Notes: generated from the sequence alone by a model not told the origin. Positions 1 through 9,589 are shown, counted from the first letter of the stretch. The stretch is 64,000 nucleotides of DNA from an uncultured Sphingomonas sp. (GCA_913776255.1 CAJYLV010000052.1:2883-66882); one strand, 5' to 3'. Numbers and translations are program-made.

Positions 1-244
1 CGAAATGCACGGCAGCAGGATGACCGCGAACGGAATGGTGACGATGGAGTCGCTGGCGACCGTGCCGGTGCCGGCCAGGACCGATGTCGCCTTCACGCCG
101 GGCGGGCGGCACGTCATGCTGTTCGACGTGTCGCCGACGGTGACGCCGGGCTCGCGCCTGCCGCTCACGTTGCGCTTCGCCGACGGGGCGGCGACGCAGG
201 TGGAGGCGACGGTGATCGCGGCGGGCGATGTCGCACCGGAGTGA
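1..244 (+). CDS. Copper chaperone PCu(A)C family protein, C-terminal part (5' end outside the window)
   Basis: EMH..M...M and FTPGGRHVMLFD...LPLTLRFADG match the PCu(A)C His/Met copper motif region. Confidence 0.8.
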   Translation, partial: EMHGSRMTANGMVTMESLATVPVPARTDVAFTPGGRHVMLFDVSPTVTPGSRLPLTLRFADGAATQVEATVIAAGDVAPE

Positions 245-524
245 GCCGGGGTTCCGGCCGCCGAGCGACGAACGGGACGGCTTCGCCGGCTGTCTGGCCT
301 TTTGCGTCTTTCTGGTCTGCGAGACGGCGGTGGCCGGATTGGCGGGGTTCGCCAGCTATTATCTCGCGCGCAGCGAGCCGGTGGACGTGGGGCATGAGAT
401 CGGCATCGCGCTTTCGCTGATCGGCGGCGTCGCTGCCCTGTTGTGGATCGACCATCACTGCCGGCGCGTGACCGGGCACAGTGCGGGAGAGATCGCCTGC
501 GAGCTTCTGCTCGCATGGTGCTGA
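228..524 (+). CDS. Small hypothetical membrane protein
   Basis: 98 aa ORF with two hydrophobic segments, overlapping both neighbours as in an operon. Confidence 0.55.
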   Translation: MSHRSEPGFRPPSDERDGFAGCLAFCVFLVCETAVAGLAGFASYYLARSEPVDVGHEIGIALSLIGGVAALLWIDHHCRRVTGHSAGEIACELLLAWC

Positions 525-979
525 CGCGCCCGCTCACCGACGGCGAGGTGGCGTTGGCGCGGTCGGTGTACGGCGCGGCGATCGATTATGGCGCGGTGCG
601 GCTGGCGAATCGCAAATGGGCCTTCTTCCAGCCGCGCGACGTGGTGATGGCGCCGCGCGGCTGCATCCACTTTCACCCGAAGGGCGATCTGTGGTGCGAG
701 GATTTCGCCGTCGCCGCGCTCGACCGGCAGGGGCTGTTCATTCATGAGCTGTGCCACATCTGGCAGCATCAGCGCGGCGTCTTCCTGCCGCTGAAGCGCC
801 TTCCGTTCTGCCGCTACGATTATGCGATCCGCCCCGGCTGGCGGCTGGAGCGCTACGGCATCGAGCAGCAGGCCGAGATCGTGCGGCACGCGTTTCTGTT
901 GCGGCACGGTTCGATCGTCCCGGGCGCGCCGGAGCTGGCACGCTATGAGTCCATCCTGCCGTTCGGAGAGCATTCGTGA
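515..979 (+). CDS. 'vgr-related' putative zinc metallopeptidase-like protein
   Basis: RPLTDGEVALARSVYGAAIDY N-terminus, HELCH (HExxH) and downstream EQQAEIV; ATG at 515. Confidence 0.7.
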   Translation: MVLTRPLTDGEVALARSVYGAAIDYGAVRLANRKWAFFQPRDVVMAPRGCIHFHPKGDLWCEDFAVAALDRQGLFIHELCHIWQHQRGVFLPLKRLPFCRYDYAIRPGWRLERYGIEQQAEIVRHAFLLRHGSIVPGAPELARYESILPFGEHS

Positions 980-1416
980 GCATCTGGCACTTCCCCCTCG
1001 ATCTCGACGCGCTGACCGCCGGTTGTGCAGGCTCGATGCCCGGGCTTCTCGGGATCGAGTTCGTCGCGGCAGGCGACGACTGGCTGCGCGCGCGGATGCC
1101 GGTCGACCAGCGCACGCGACAGCCGTATGGACGGCTGCACGGCGGTGCCTCGGTCGCGCTGGCCGAGACGGTCGCGTCGGTCGCGGCGATGGCGACGCTC
1201 GATCCGGCGACCTCCGCCGCGGTCGGCATGGAGATCAACGCCAACCATCTGCGCCCGGTCGGCGAAGGGTTCGTCTATGCCACCGCGATCAGCGAGGCGC
1301 GCGGGCGGTCCTCGCAGGTGTGGACGATCCGCGTCACGGACGAGGCGGAGCGGCTGGTGTGCCTCGCGCGGATGACCGCGGCGGTGATCCCGGCGGGACG
1401 CGGGGTGGTGGGCTAG
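976..1416 (+). CDS. Hotdog-fold thioesterase (PaaI/MenI-like)
   Basis: QPYGRLHGGASVALAET and VGMEINANHLRP motifs. Confidence 0.9.
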   Translation: MSIWHFPLDLDALTAGCAGSMPGLLGIEFVAAGDDWLRARMPVDQRTRQPYGRLHGGASVALAETVASVAAMATLDPATSAAVGMEINANHLRPVGEGFVYATAISEARGRSSQVWTIRVTDEAERLVCLARMTAAVIPAGRGVVG

Positions 1417-1426
1417 AATACAGCTT

Positions 1427-1542
1427 CCGCTCGCCCCGAGGAGAGGCTGAACCTGTCGAAGCCTCGTCTCGAAGGGCTCGCGCAACAAGCGTACTTCGAG
1501 ACGGCATTTCGACTTCGCCCAATGCCTCCTCAGCACGAACGG
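1427..1542. repeat. Degenerate palindromic REP-like element (CCG(T/C)TCG...CGAACGG class)
   Basis: Terminal inverted repeats ccgctcg/cgaacgg with internal gtcgaag/cttcga; similar element at 30269. Confidence 0.6.
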
Positions 1543-1560
1543 AAGCAGGCTTTGCCTGTG

Positions 1561-2910
1561 TTACTTCAGCAGCACCAGCTCCTCGGCCATCGTCGGGTGG
1601 AGCGCGACCGTCGCGTCGAATTGCGCCTTGGTCAGCCCGGCCTTCACCGCCACCGCGGCGGCCTGGATGATCTCGGGCACGTCGGGGCCGATCATGTGGA
1701 TGCCGACGACGCGGTCGGTCTCGCCGTCGCAGACCATCTTGTAGAGCGCGCGCTCGTCGCGGTCGGCGAGGACGTTCTTCATCGGGCGGAAGTCCGACGA
1801 ATAGACCTTCACCGAGCCGAGCTTCTGCCGCGCCTCCGCCTCGGTCATCCCGACGCCGGCGAGCGGCGGGTGGCTGAACACCGCGGACGGCACGCAATCG
1901 TAATCGACCCGGGTCGACTTGCCGCCGTACATGTTGTCGGCGAACGCCTGCCCCTCGCGGATCGCGATCGGGGTGAGCTGGATCCGGTTGGTGACGTCGC
2001 CGACCGCATAGATCGACGCGCAGGTCGAGCGGTTGTCGTCATCGACCTTGATCGCGCCGTGATCGTCGAGCGCGACCCCGGCGGTCTCCAGCCCCAGCCC
2101 GTAGGTGTTGGGCTTGCGTCCGGTCGCGAACATGACGAGGTCGACGGTGACCGGCTCGTGGTTCGACATATGGACGGTCAGGCAGCCGTCGTCCTGCTTC
2201 TCGATCCCCTGGAAGGCGGCGTCGAAGCGGAACTCCAGCCCCTTCATCATGCTGATCTGCAGGAGCCGGTCGCGGATCTGCAGGTCGTAGCCGCGCAGGA
2301 TCTCCTTGGTGCGGTTCATCAGGATGACGTGGGCGCCGAGCTGATGGAAGACGCCCGCGAACTCGTTGGCGATATAGCCCGCGCCCGCGATCAGGATCCG
2401 CTTGGGGATGCTGTCGAGATGGAAGGCCTCGTTCGAGGTGATGCCATGTTCGTGGCCGGGGCATTCCGGGATCGCGGGGTGCGCGCCGACCGCGATCAGG
2501 ATCGTCTTCGCGGTCTTCTTCGTGCCATCGGCAAGCGTGACCTCGTTGGGGCCGGAGACGGTGGCACGCTGGTGAATGATCTCCGCGCCCGAGCTTTCGA
2601 TCGTGGTGGTGTAGGCCTTGTTGATGCGGTCCACCTCCTTCATCACATTGTCGCGCAGCCGCGGCCAGCTGAAGGCGCAGTCATCGGGCACGTCCCAGCC
2701 GAAATGACGCGCGTCGCGCAGGTCCTCGGCAAAATGCGCGCCGTAGACGAGCAGCTTCTTGGGCACGCAGCCACGGATCACGCAGGTGCCGCCGACGCGA
2801 TACTCCTCCGCCACCGCCACTTTCGCGCCATGCGCCGCCGAGACGCGCGCCGCGCGCGTGCCGCCGGAGCCGGCACCGATGACGAAAAGGTCGTAGTCGA
2901 AGTCGGACAT
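1561..2910 (-). CDS. gor: Glutathione-disulfide reductase
   Basis: GAGSGG FAD motif, GGTCVIRGCVPKK redox disulfide, HPTMAEE C-terminus. Confidence 0.95.
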   Translation of the reverse strand: MSDFDYDLFVIGAGSGGTRAARVSAAHGAKVAVAEEYRVGGTCVIRGCVPKKLLVYGAHFAEDLRDARHFGWDVPDDCAFSWPRLRDNVMKEVDRINKAYTTTIESSGAEIIHQRATVSGPNEVTLADGTKKTAKTILIAVGAHPAIPECPGHEHGITSNEAFHLDSIPKRILIAGAGYIANEFAGVFHQLGAHVILMNRTKEILRGYDLQIRDRLLQISMMKGLEFRFDAAFQGIEKQDDGCLTVHMSNHEPVTVDLVMFATGRKPNTYGLGLETAGVALDDHGAIKVDDDNRSTCASIYAVGDVTNRIQLTPIAIREGQAFADNMYGGKSTRVDYDCVPSAVFSHPPLAGVGMTEAEARQKLGSVKVYSSDFRPMKNVLADRDERALYKMVCDGETDRVVGIHMIGPDVPEIIQAAAVAVKAGLTKAQFDATVALHPTMAEELVLLK

Positions 2911-3040
2911 GAACAGGCTCCGTGGGACGCGAAAGTTGCGAATGTTGAGACGATCGCGCGTTGGATTTGATTGGTGAACCACCGGCACATTGGATGGTGC
3001 CGCTGTTAGCAGGACCGGGCGGGGTAGGACAGGTGAGGTG

Positions 3041-3442
3041 TCAGCTCATCGCCGAGCGAAGGCCGAGATGGTCGACGAACGGGTCGAAATCGCGGTCGCT
3101 GTAGAGAAGCGGCATGTCGTCGATGATGCAGCGGGTGGCGATCAGCGTGTCGATCGTCTTGCGGATCGTGATGCCAAGCGCGCGCAGCGTGCGATAGTTT
3201 CGTGCCGCCTCGATCGCGATATGACGATCAACGATCGTGACGTGCGTAAATCCATCCAGCATACCCAGTTTGCGGTCATGGTCGCGCTGATCGCGCGTCC
3301 CCTGCAATATCTCGGCGAGCACAAGGTCACCGATCAAAAGTTCGTGCTTGGCTACGATCAGCGCTCGGCCACGTTCGGTCTGGAGCGTGTGACGGTCGGC
3401 GAGCAGATCGATCCAGACGCTGGTGTCGACAACGACGCTCAT
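3041..3442 (-). CDS. vapC: VapC PIN-domain toxin
   Basis: VVDTSVWID, EILQG, RKTIDTLIA and SDRDF PIN motifs; 4-nt overlap with the antitoxin gene. Confidence 0.9.
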   Translation of the reverse strand: MSVVVDTSVWIDLLADRHTLQTERGRALIVAKHELLIGDLVLAEILQGTRDQRDHDRKLGMLDGFTHVTIVDRHIAIEAARNYRTLRALGITIRKTIDTLIATRCIIDDMPLLYSDRDFDPFVDHLGLRSAMS

Positions 3443-3648
3443 TCAGCCGGAATATATTTGCTGGTGCGCATGTCATTGAGGTCGCCCTCCCAACCGAGGC
3501 CGCGCAAGCCGTCCCAGGCGCGGAGCTGCCGCTCTGCGCGAACGACACCCTCCAACGCTCGCGTCACGGCTTCACGTTTCGTCGTGACACCCATTATCTC
3601 CATCGCCTCGGCCATGAGCGCGTCGTCGATTTCGATATTGGTCCGCAT
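3439..3648 (-). CDS. vapB: VapB antitoxin (ribbon-helix-helix type)
   Basis: MRTNIEIDDALM...TKREAV...GWEGDL; lies upstream of vapC. Confidence 0.9.
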   Translation of the reverse strand: MRTNIEIDDALMAEAMEIMGVTTKREAVTRALEGVVRAERQLRAWDGLRGLGWEGDLNDMRTSKYIPAE

Positions 3649-3676
3649 GTGTATGGCTCCTTCGAGCCATACACAT
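3647..3676. promoter_or_regulatory. Perfect 13-bp inverted repeat over the vapB RBS and start (operator or translational hairpin)
   Basis: ATGTGTATGGCTC-cttc-GAGCCATACACAT. Confidence 0.7.
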
Positions 3677-3692
3677 AATCGGCCGCGCATGC

Positions 3693-5183
3693 TTATGCCA
3701 GACCGGCGCGCGCGATCAGGTCGGTGGTGGAGGGGTCGAAGTCGCCGCCGCCCTTCGCCGCCGCCTTGGCCATTTCCTTGCCCAGTTCGACGCCGAACTG
3801 GTCGAAGGAATTGATGCCGAGCAGCACGCCGTTCACGAACACGCGATGCTCGTAGAAGGCGATCAGCGCGCCGAGCGTGCGCGCGTCGAGGCGGTCGAGC
3901 AGCAGCGTCGAGGATGGGCGGTCGCCGGGATAGCTGCGCGCCGGATCGTCGACCTGCTTGCCCTTCATCAGCGCCGCGCCCTGCGCGAAGGCGTTGAGCA
4001 GCAACTGGCGGTGATGCTCTGCCGGAAGCGTGTCGCCGGCCTCGATCACCGCGAGGAATTCGACGGGGACGAGGTGCGTGCCCTGATGGAGCAACTGGAA
4101 CACCGCATGCTGCGCGTCGGTGCCGACCCCGCCCCAGGTGATCGCGGCGGTCGGTCGGCCGACCGGCCGGCCGTCGACCGTCACGCCCTTGCCGTTCGAC
4201 TCCATCTCGAGCTGCTGGAGATAGCTCGGGAGCAGCCGCAGCCGCTCGTCATAGGCGAAGGGCGCGCGCGTCTCGGCGTGGCGGACCTGCGTGTAATAGA
4301 GGTCGGCAAAGGCGGCGAGCGCGGGGGCGTTCTCGTGCAGCGCGGTCAGGCGGAAGTGGCGGTCCATCTCCGCGGCACCGTCGAGCAATTCCTCAAACTG
4401 TTCCCAGCCGAGCTTGATCGCGGCCGGGAAGCCGATTGACGACCACAAGGAGTAGCGGCCGCCGACGCCTTCGGAGAAGGGCAGGATGCGCGTCTCGTCG
4501 ACGCCCCATTCGATCGCCTTTTCGGGCGAGGCGGTCAGTGCGATGACGCGGCCATAGGGATCCTCGACGCCCGCCCCGGTCATCCACGCGATGACGCTCT
4601 CGGCGTTCATCATCGTCTCGGTGGTGGTGAAGGTCTTCGAGGCGACGACCAGCAGCGTCGTCGCCGGATCGAAGCGGTCGAAGACGTCGTCGAGCGCCAT
4701 GCCGTCGACGTTCGAGACGATCGCGATGTCATAACGATCGCTGTCGCGGCCGAGCGCGTCGACGAGCAGGTGCGGCCCGAGCGCTGAACCGCCGATGCCA
4801 ACATGCAGGACGCTGCGGATCGGGCCGAAGGCGTCGGCCTCGATCGCGTCGATCACCGCACGCATCCGCGCGTGATAGGAAGCCGCCCGCGCGACGCTCT
4901 CGTCCTTGCCTTCGCCGCGTTCGGCGGTGTGCTCGACCGGGCGATCCTCGGTGACGTTGACGTTCTGGCCGCCGAACATCGCCTCGCGCTTGCCGGCGAG
5001 ATCGGTTTCCTTCGCCAGCGCCTCGAACGCGGCGACCGCCTCGGGGGTCAGATGCGTCTTCGACCAGTCGAAATGGATGCCGGCGACGTCGAGCGACAGC
5101 TTCGCCAGCCGGTCCGGGTCGTTCGCGAACAGCGTCTCCAGCCGCTCCGTCGGGAGCGCTTCGATCTTCGACCAATCCGCCAT
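3693..5183 (-). CDS. pgi: Glucose-6-phosphate isomerase
   Basis: GIGGSALG, SKTFTTTET, VGGRYSLWS, QQLEMESNGK, FDQFGVELGK. Confidence 0.97.
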   Translation of the reverse strand: MADWSKIEALPTERLETLFANDPDRLAKLSLDVAGIHFDWSKTHLTPEAVAAFEALAKETDLAGKREAMFGGQNVNVTEDRPVEHTAERGEGKDESVARAASYHARMRAVIDAIEADAFGPIRSVLHVGIGGSALGPHLLVDALGRDSDRYDIAIVSNVDGMALDDVFDRFDPATTLLVVASKTFTTTETMMNAESVIAWMTGAGVEDPYGRVIALTASPEKAIEWGVDETRILPFSEGVGGRYSLWSSIGFPAAIKLGWEQFEELLDGAAEMDRHFRLTALHENAPALAAFADLYYTQVRHAETRAPFAYDERLRLLPSYLQQLEMESNGKGVTVDGRPVGRPTAAITWGGVGTDAQHAVFQLLHQGTHLVPVEFLAVIEAGDTLPAEHHRQLLLNAFAQGAALMKGKQVDDPARSYPGDRPSSTLLLDRLDARTLGALIAFYEHRVFVNGVLLGINSFDQFGVELGKEMAKAAAKGGGDFDPSTTDLIARAGLA

Positions 5184-5278
5184 CTGCATCTTCCTTCCGA
5201 CCAATTGCGGGCCATAACCGTTCGCGCGAGCCAAGGCTCCGCTTGACGAAGGCGAGCGGTTGCGCGACGCGGTGCTTC

Positions 5279-6094
5279 ATGGCCACCCCTGCTGCCCCCG
5301 GCAAGCCCGCGCGTTCCGAAACCGGCGAGACGATCCGCTTCCTGCTGAAGCTGGCGCTGTTCGTGTTCATCCTGCGCAGCTTCATCTTCTCGCCATTCTC
5401 GATCCCGTCCGAATCGATGCTGCCGCGGCTGCTGATCGGTGACTATCTGTTCGTGTCGAAGTGGAATTACGGCTATTCGCGCTGGTCGCTGCCATGGGGC
5501 ATTCCGCTGATCCCCGGACGGATCTTCGCCAGCACGCCGACGCGCGGCGACACGGTGGTGTTCCGCTCGCTGGGGCCGGACGATCATGACGTCATCAAGC
5601 GCGTGATCGGGCTGCCCGGCGACACGATCCAGATGCGCAACGGCCAGCTGTTCCTGAACGGCAAGGCGATCCCCAAGCAGCGCGTCGCCGACTTCATCGT
5701 ACCGCTGACCCCGAACTTCCCGGCCGAGAAGTGCGGCGCGGAATTCCAGGACGTCGACAAGGCCGGGCAACCGATCTGCCGCTATCCGCGCTTCCGCGAG
5801 ACGCTGCCCGGCGGGCGCAGCTATGAGGTGCTCGATCAGGGCAATTTGCCGATCGCCGACGATACCGACGTGTACACCGTTCCGGCCGGCGACGTGTTCC
5901 TGATGGGCGACAATCGCGACGACAGCGCCGACAGCCGCTTCGCGCCGCCGGAGGGGATGGGCTACATCCCGATGGAGCGCATCCAGGGCAAGGCGCTGGT
6001 CACCTTCTGGTCGACCGACGGCTCGGCGGAATGGATCAAGCCGTGGACCTGGGTATCGGCGGCGCGGTTCAGCCGGGTCGGGCACGGCTTCTGA
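5279..6094 (+). CDS. lepB: Signal peptidase I
   Basis: IPSESMLP, IKRVIGLPGD, MGDNRDDSADSR. Confidence 0.95.
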   Translation: MATPAAPGKPARSETGETIRFLLKLALFVFILRSFIFSPFSIPSESMLPRLLIGDYLFVSKWNYGYSRWSLPWGIPLIPGRIFASTPTRGDTVVFRSLGPDDHDVIKRVIGLPGDTIQMRNGQLFLNGKAIPKQRVADFIVPLTPNFPAEKCGAEFQDVDKAGQPICRYPRFRETLPGGRSYEVLDQGNLPIADDTDVYTVPAGDVFLMGDNRDDSADSRFAPPEGMGYIPMERIQGKALVTFWSTDGSAEWIKPWTWVSAARFSRVGHGF

Positions 6095-6096
6095 GC

Positions 6097-6792
6097 GTGA
6101 GCGACGACGTCGCTGCCTGGGTGGACGAGGTGCTGGGGGTCAGGCCCGGCGACCCGGCGCTGTTCAAGCGTGCGCTGACGCATTCGAGTCACGCCGGCGA
6201 AAGCTACGAGCGGCTCGAATTTCTCGGCGACCGCGTGCTCGGGCTCATCATGGCCGAGTGGCTGAGCGAGGTGTTCCCCGACGAGCCCGAGGGGCAATTG
6301 TCGAAGCGCTTCAACGCGCTGGTTACGGGTGCGGTCTGCGCGGAGGTGGCGCGCGGGATCGGCGCGGTGGCGCATGTCCGGCTCGGCAAACAGGCGCGCG
6401 ACGATGGCGCGCAGCACGGCGACAACCTGCTCGGCGACGTGATGGAGGCGCTGCTCGGCGCCTTGTATCTGACCGCCGGGCTGGAGGCGGCGCGCGCGGC
6501 GGTGCGGCGGCTGTGGGCGGATCGCATCCACAGCGACGACAAGGCGCCGCAGCATCCGAAGTCGGCGTTGCAGGAATGGGCGGCGGCGAACCGGCGCGCG
6601 GTGCCCGCCTATGAACTGGTCGACCGCGCCGGGCCGGGCCACGCGCCGCGCTTCACGGTGCGGGTGACGGTCGGCAAGGACGAGGTGAGCGCCGAGGGCA
6701 CCAGCAAGCAGGAGGCCGAAACCGCGGCCGCGCGCGCGTTGCTGCACGTGCTGAGCGCGCAGGCGGCGCCGCGGCGCAAACGCCGCCGCTAG
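6097..6792 (+). CDS. rnc: Ribonuclease III
   Basis: ERLEFLGDRVLG, DVMEALLGA and a C-terminal dsRBD; GTG start inferred. Confidence 0.95.
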   Translation: MSDDVAAWVDEVLGVRPGDPALFKRALTHSSHAGESYERLEFLGDRVLGLIMAEWLSEVFPDEPEGQLSKRFNALVTGAVCAEVARGIGAVAHVRLGKQARDDGAQHGDNLLGDVMEALLGALYLTAGLEAARAAVRRLWADRIHSDDKAPQHPKSALQEWAAANRRAVPAYELVDRAGPGHAPRFTVRVTVGKDEVSAEGTSKQEAETAAARALLHVLSAQAAPRRKRRR

Positions 6793-6979
6793 CGCTTCCG
6801 CCGCTGCCGCCCCGGCGGCGATCGGCCGGGCGAGGGCGCCGCCGAAAAGGCGTTCGCTGAAATTCTGCGATCGATTGCAGTGGCTTGTCCGCCATTCGGC
6901 CTCATCTATGATAGGAACGGAGAGGCAGGGAGTGGACGGTCATGACGCGGACGTCGATCGTTCGTGCGGGCACGCGCGC

Positions 6980-7873
6980 ATGATCCCGAGCTGGCAGCCC
7001 GACACCGCCAGCGGGATGACGGTGCGCGAGGTCGTGGCGCGCGGCCTGTCCTTCGAAGTGGTCGAGGCCGGGCAGGGCGATCACCTTGCGATCTGCTTGC
7101 ACGGCTATCCGGAGCTTGCCTATAGCTGGCGGCACCAGCTGCCGGCGCTGGCGGCGATGGGGTATCGCGTCTGGGCGCCGTGCCAGCGCGGCTATGGCGC
7201 GACCTCGAAGCCCGAGGGCATCGACGCCTATCGCCTCGAATGTCTGGTCGCCGATGTCGCGGCGCTGTTCGACGTCAGCGGCGCGAAGACGCTGACGCTG
7301 ATCGGGCACGACTGGGGCGGGGCGGTCGCCTGGTCGTTCGCGATCCACCGCGTGCGGCCGCTCGACCGGTTGGTCATCATGAACATGCCGCATCCGCGCT
7401 GCTTCGCGCGCGCGCTGCGATACTGGCCGCAGCAGCGGCGGAGCTGGTATCTGGCCGCCTATCAGGCGCCCGAGCTGCCCGAGCGGATGCTGCTCCGCAA
7501 CGACGCCGCGGCGCTGCGGCGGATCTTCGCGCGACATGCGGTCAACCCCGCGCTGTTTCCGGACGCGGTGGTCGACGTCTATGCCACGGCGGCGCAGCAG
7601 CCCGGCGCGCTGACCGCGATGCTCAACTGGTATCGCGCGGTGCCGCTCAACCCGCGTCCGCGCTGGCTGCCCGACAACGGCCGGGTCGACGTGCCGACGC
7701 TGATCGTGTGGGGCGACGCTGACAAGACGCTGGGGCCGGAGACGCTCGACCGCACCGACGAGTTCGTGGCCGACCTGACGATCCGGCGCCTCGCGGGAGT
7801 GGGGCATTGGGTGCAGCAGGAAGCGGCCGCGCGGGTCAACGAGCTGCTGGCGGACTGGCTGCCGGGCGGGTGA
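6980..7873 (+). CDS. Alpha/beta hydrolase, epoxide hydrolase-like
   Basis: HGYPE, GHDWGG (Asp nucleophile), GHWVQQE; start uncertain (6980 or 7016). Confidence 0.85.
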   Translation: MIPSWQPDTASGMTVREVVARGLSFEVVEAGQGDHLAICLHGYPELAYSWRHQLPALAAMGYRVWAPCQRGYGATSKPEGIDAYRLECLVADVAALFDVSGAKTLTLIGHDWGGAVAWSFAIHRVRPLDRLVIMNMPHPRCFARALRYWPQQRRSWYLAAYQAPELPERMLLRNDAAALRRIFARHAVNPALFPDAVVDVYATAAQQPGALTAMLNWYRAVPLNPRPRWLPDNGRVDVPTLIVWGDADKTLGPETLDRTDEFVADLTIRRLAGVGHWVQQEAAARVNELLADWLPGG

Positions 7874-7889
7874 TGAGCCGCGGACAAGG

Positions 7890-7921
7890 AAAAGGGCGAG
7901 GCCATCCGGCCCCGCCCTTTT
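7890..7921. terminator. Bidirectional intrinsic terminator
   Basis: aaaagggcgaggcc-atcc-ggccccgccctttt between convergent genes. Confidence 0.75.
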
Positions 7922-7998
7922 CTCCCCGCACGAAACGCAACTGGTGCGGCCCGGTCGCCTGGTGCTCCCTTGGCGACCGGAAACCTGTCGCCAGCGCC

Positions 7999-8595
7999 TC
8001 AGAAATGCGCGACGATGCCCAGCGTCGGACGGAAGCTGTTGGTCCAGCCGAAGCTCGACACTTCGCCACGCAGGCGGATGCCCGAGTTGCTGGTGATCCC
8101 GCCGAGACCGATGTCCTTCGGGCCGACCTCGAAGCCGATGCCGTAGGTCACGTCGTGGAAGTCACGATCGGTGTTCACGCGCTTGTCGAAGTTCACCCAC
8201 TGATAGCCGACCTTGCCGTAGATCAGCCCGCTGTCGCCGGCGCGGAAGCCGAAGCGGCCGGCGGCGCCATACTGCCAGTCGATGTCGCCCGAGATGCCCT
8301 TGGCGACGTTACCCTCGGCGCCGACGAACACCGGCCCGAGCGGCACGTTCACGCCGGCCAGACCCTCGACGAGCGAGCCGTTCAGCTTGTTCTGACGCGG
8401 GGCGCCCGGAACGCTGTCGCTCTGGAATTCTTCCCAGCCGCCGCGCACGGCGACATAGGGCTCGATACCGAACGCACGGGTGCCGTCCGGCGCCGTCGCG
8501 GTCGTCGTGTCGGTGGTCGTGGCGTCCTGCGCCAGCGACGGAGTGGCGACGAACGCGGCGGATGCGGCAACGGCCGCAAGAACGAGCTTACGCAT
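7999..8595 (-). CDS. Outer membrane beta-barrel protein (Omp25/opacity-like)
   Basis: Signal peptide, amphipathic strands (LIYGKVGY), terminal Phe. Confidence 0.8.
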   Translation of the reverse strand: MRKLVLAAVAASAAFVATPSLAQDATTTDTTTATAPDGTRAFGIEPYVAVRGGWEEFQSDSVPGAPRQNKLNGSLVEGLAGVNVPLGPVFVGAEGNVAKGISGDIDWQYGAAGRFGFRAGDSGLIYGKVGYQWVNFDKRVNTDRDFHDVTYGIGFEVGPKDIGLGGITSNSGIRLRGEVSSFGWTNSFRPTLGIVAHF

Positions 8596-8816
8596 AATAT
8601 ACCTCAATACAGTTTCGTTGCCCGGTTTATCGCAGCACCAGGTGCGGCCGGGCCGGGGACTGCTCTAACCACGCCTTCCGTGCTTGGTTGCTTGGAAAAA
8701 CGCCATTTTGGCATGGAACCCGGGGAGTGTTGCGCGAAAGACACGCAATCTGTCGAGAAGATGAACGTGCGTGCCGCATCCCGGCCACAGTGTCGATGCT
8801 GCGCCGCAATATGGCC

Positions 8817-9164
8817 TTATTGCGGGGCGTCGCGGCCGCGACGGGTCGGGGCGTGGAAGTCCGCGGGCTTGTCGGCGATCCAGCGCAGGAAGCGACTCAG
8901 CGGCGGGAGATCGCGGATCGCGTCAAGCGTGCCGGCCCGCGCCAGCGTCAGATTGTCGGCGGCGGCGTGGATCGCGCGGTGGCAGATGGGATGAAGCGGC
9001 ACGGTGTCGGTGCCGCCTTCGCTGCGCGGGACGACATGGTGCCATTCGACACGGACGCCGAGCGGGCGGCCGCAAAGCGCGCAGACCGGCGGCGCGTGGT
9101 CCGTCGCGCGGGCGCGCGCCTCGGCTTCGGCGAGCCCGGCCTTGCGCCTTATGCGTCCGACCAT
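8817..9164 (-). CDS. Small HNH endonuclease family protein
   Basis: CALCGR...HHVVPRSEGG...LHPICHRAIH; ATG at 9164 inside a longer ORF. Confidence 0.8.
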   Translation of the reverse strand: MVGRIRRKAGLAEAEARARATDHAPPVCALCGRPLGVRVEWHHVVPRSEGGTDTVPLHPICHRAIHAAADNLTLARAGTLDAIRDLPPLSRFLRWIADKPADFHAPTRRGRDAPQ

Positions 9165-9589
9165 GGCGCGGTCGGCGAGCGCCCGGCGGTCGGGCGCGTG
9201 AGGATGAACAGCGCGCAGGCGGCCATCACCGCTGCGACGACCAGCGCCAGCGGCAGGTGCGGGCGGGCGGTGGCGAGAAAGAGCGCATAGCCCAAGGCGA
9301 TGCCGGTGCAGGCCAGCAGCTTGGCGCGGCGCGGGATCGCACGATCGCGCCGCCACGCGCGCAGCGTGGGGCCGAAGCGCGGATGGTCGAGCAGCCATGC
9401 CTCGAGCCGCGGCGAGGAGCGCGCGAAGCAACCGGCGGCGAGGATCAGGAAGATCGTGGTCGGCATCAGCGGCAGCAACGCGCCGATCACCCCGAGCGCG
9501 ACGAAGAGGAAGCCCAGCGCGAGCCAGCCGTAGCGCGCCGCGGCGTATAGGCGGCCGGGCTTGATCGGGTCGGCGGGGTGGTCGGTCAC
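9149..9589 (-). CDS. YbaN/DUF454 inner membrane protein
   Basis: GALLPLMPTTIFLILAAGCFARSSPRLEAWLLDHPRFGP motif. Confidence 0.9.
   Translation of the reverse strand: MTDHPADPIKPGRLYAAARYGWLALGFLFVALGVIGALLPLMPTTIFLILAAGCFARSSPRLEAWLLDHPRFGPTLRAWRRDRAIPRRAKLLACTGIALGYALFLATARPHLPLALVVAAVMAACALFILTRPTAGRSPTAPWSDA

Noticed and set aside
515-979. Type VI secretion link suggested by the 'vgr-related' family name
   Set aside because: No VgrG, Hcp, PAAR or Rhs genes in the window
8817-9164. HNH gene as an anti-phage or restriction system
   Set aside because: Stand-alone 115-aa protein with no methylase, ATPase or defence-island context
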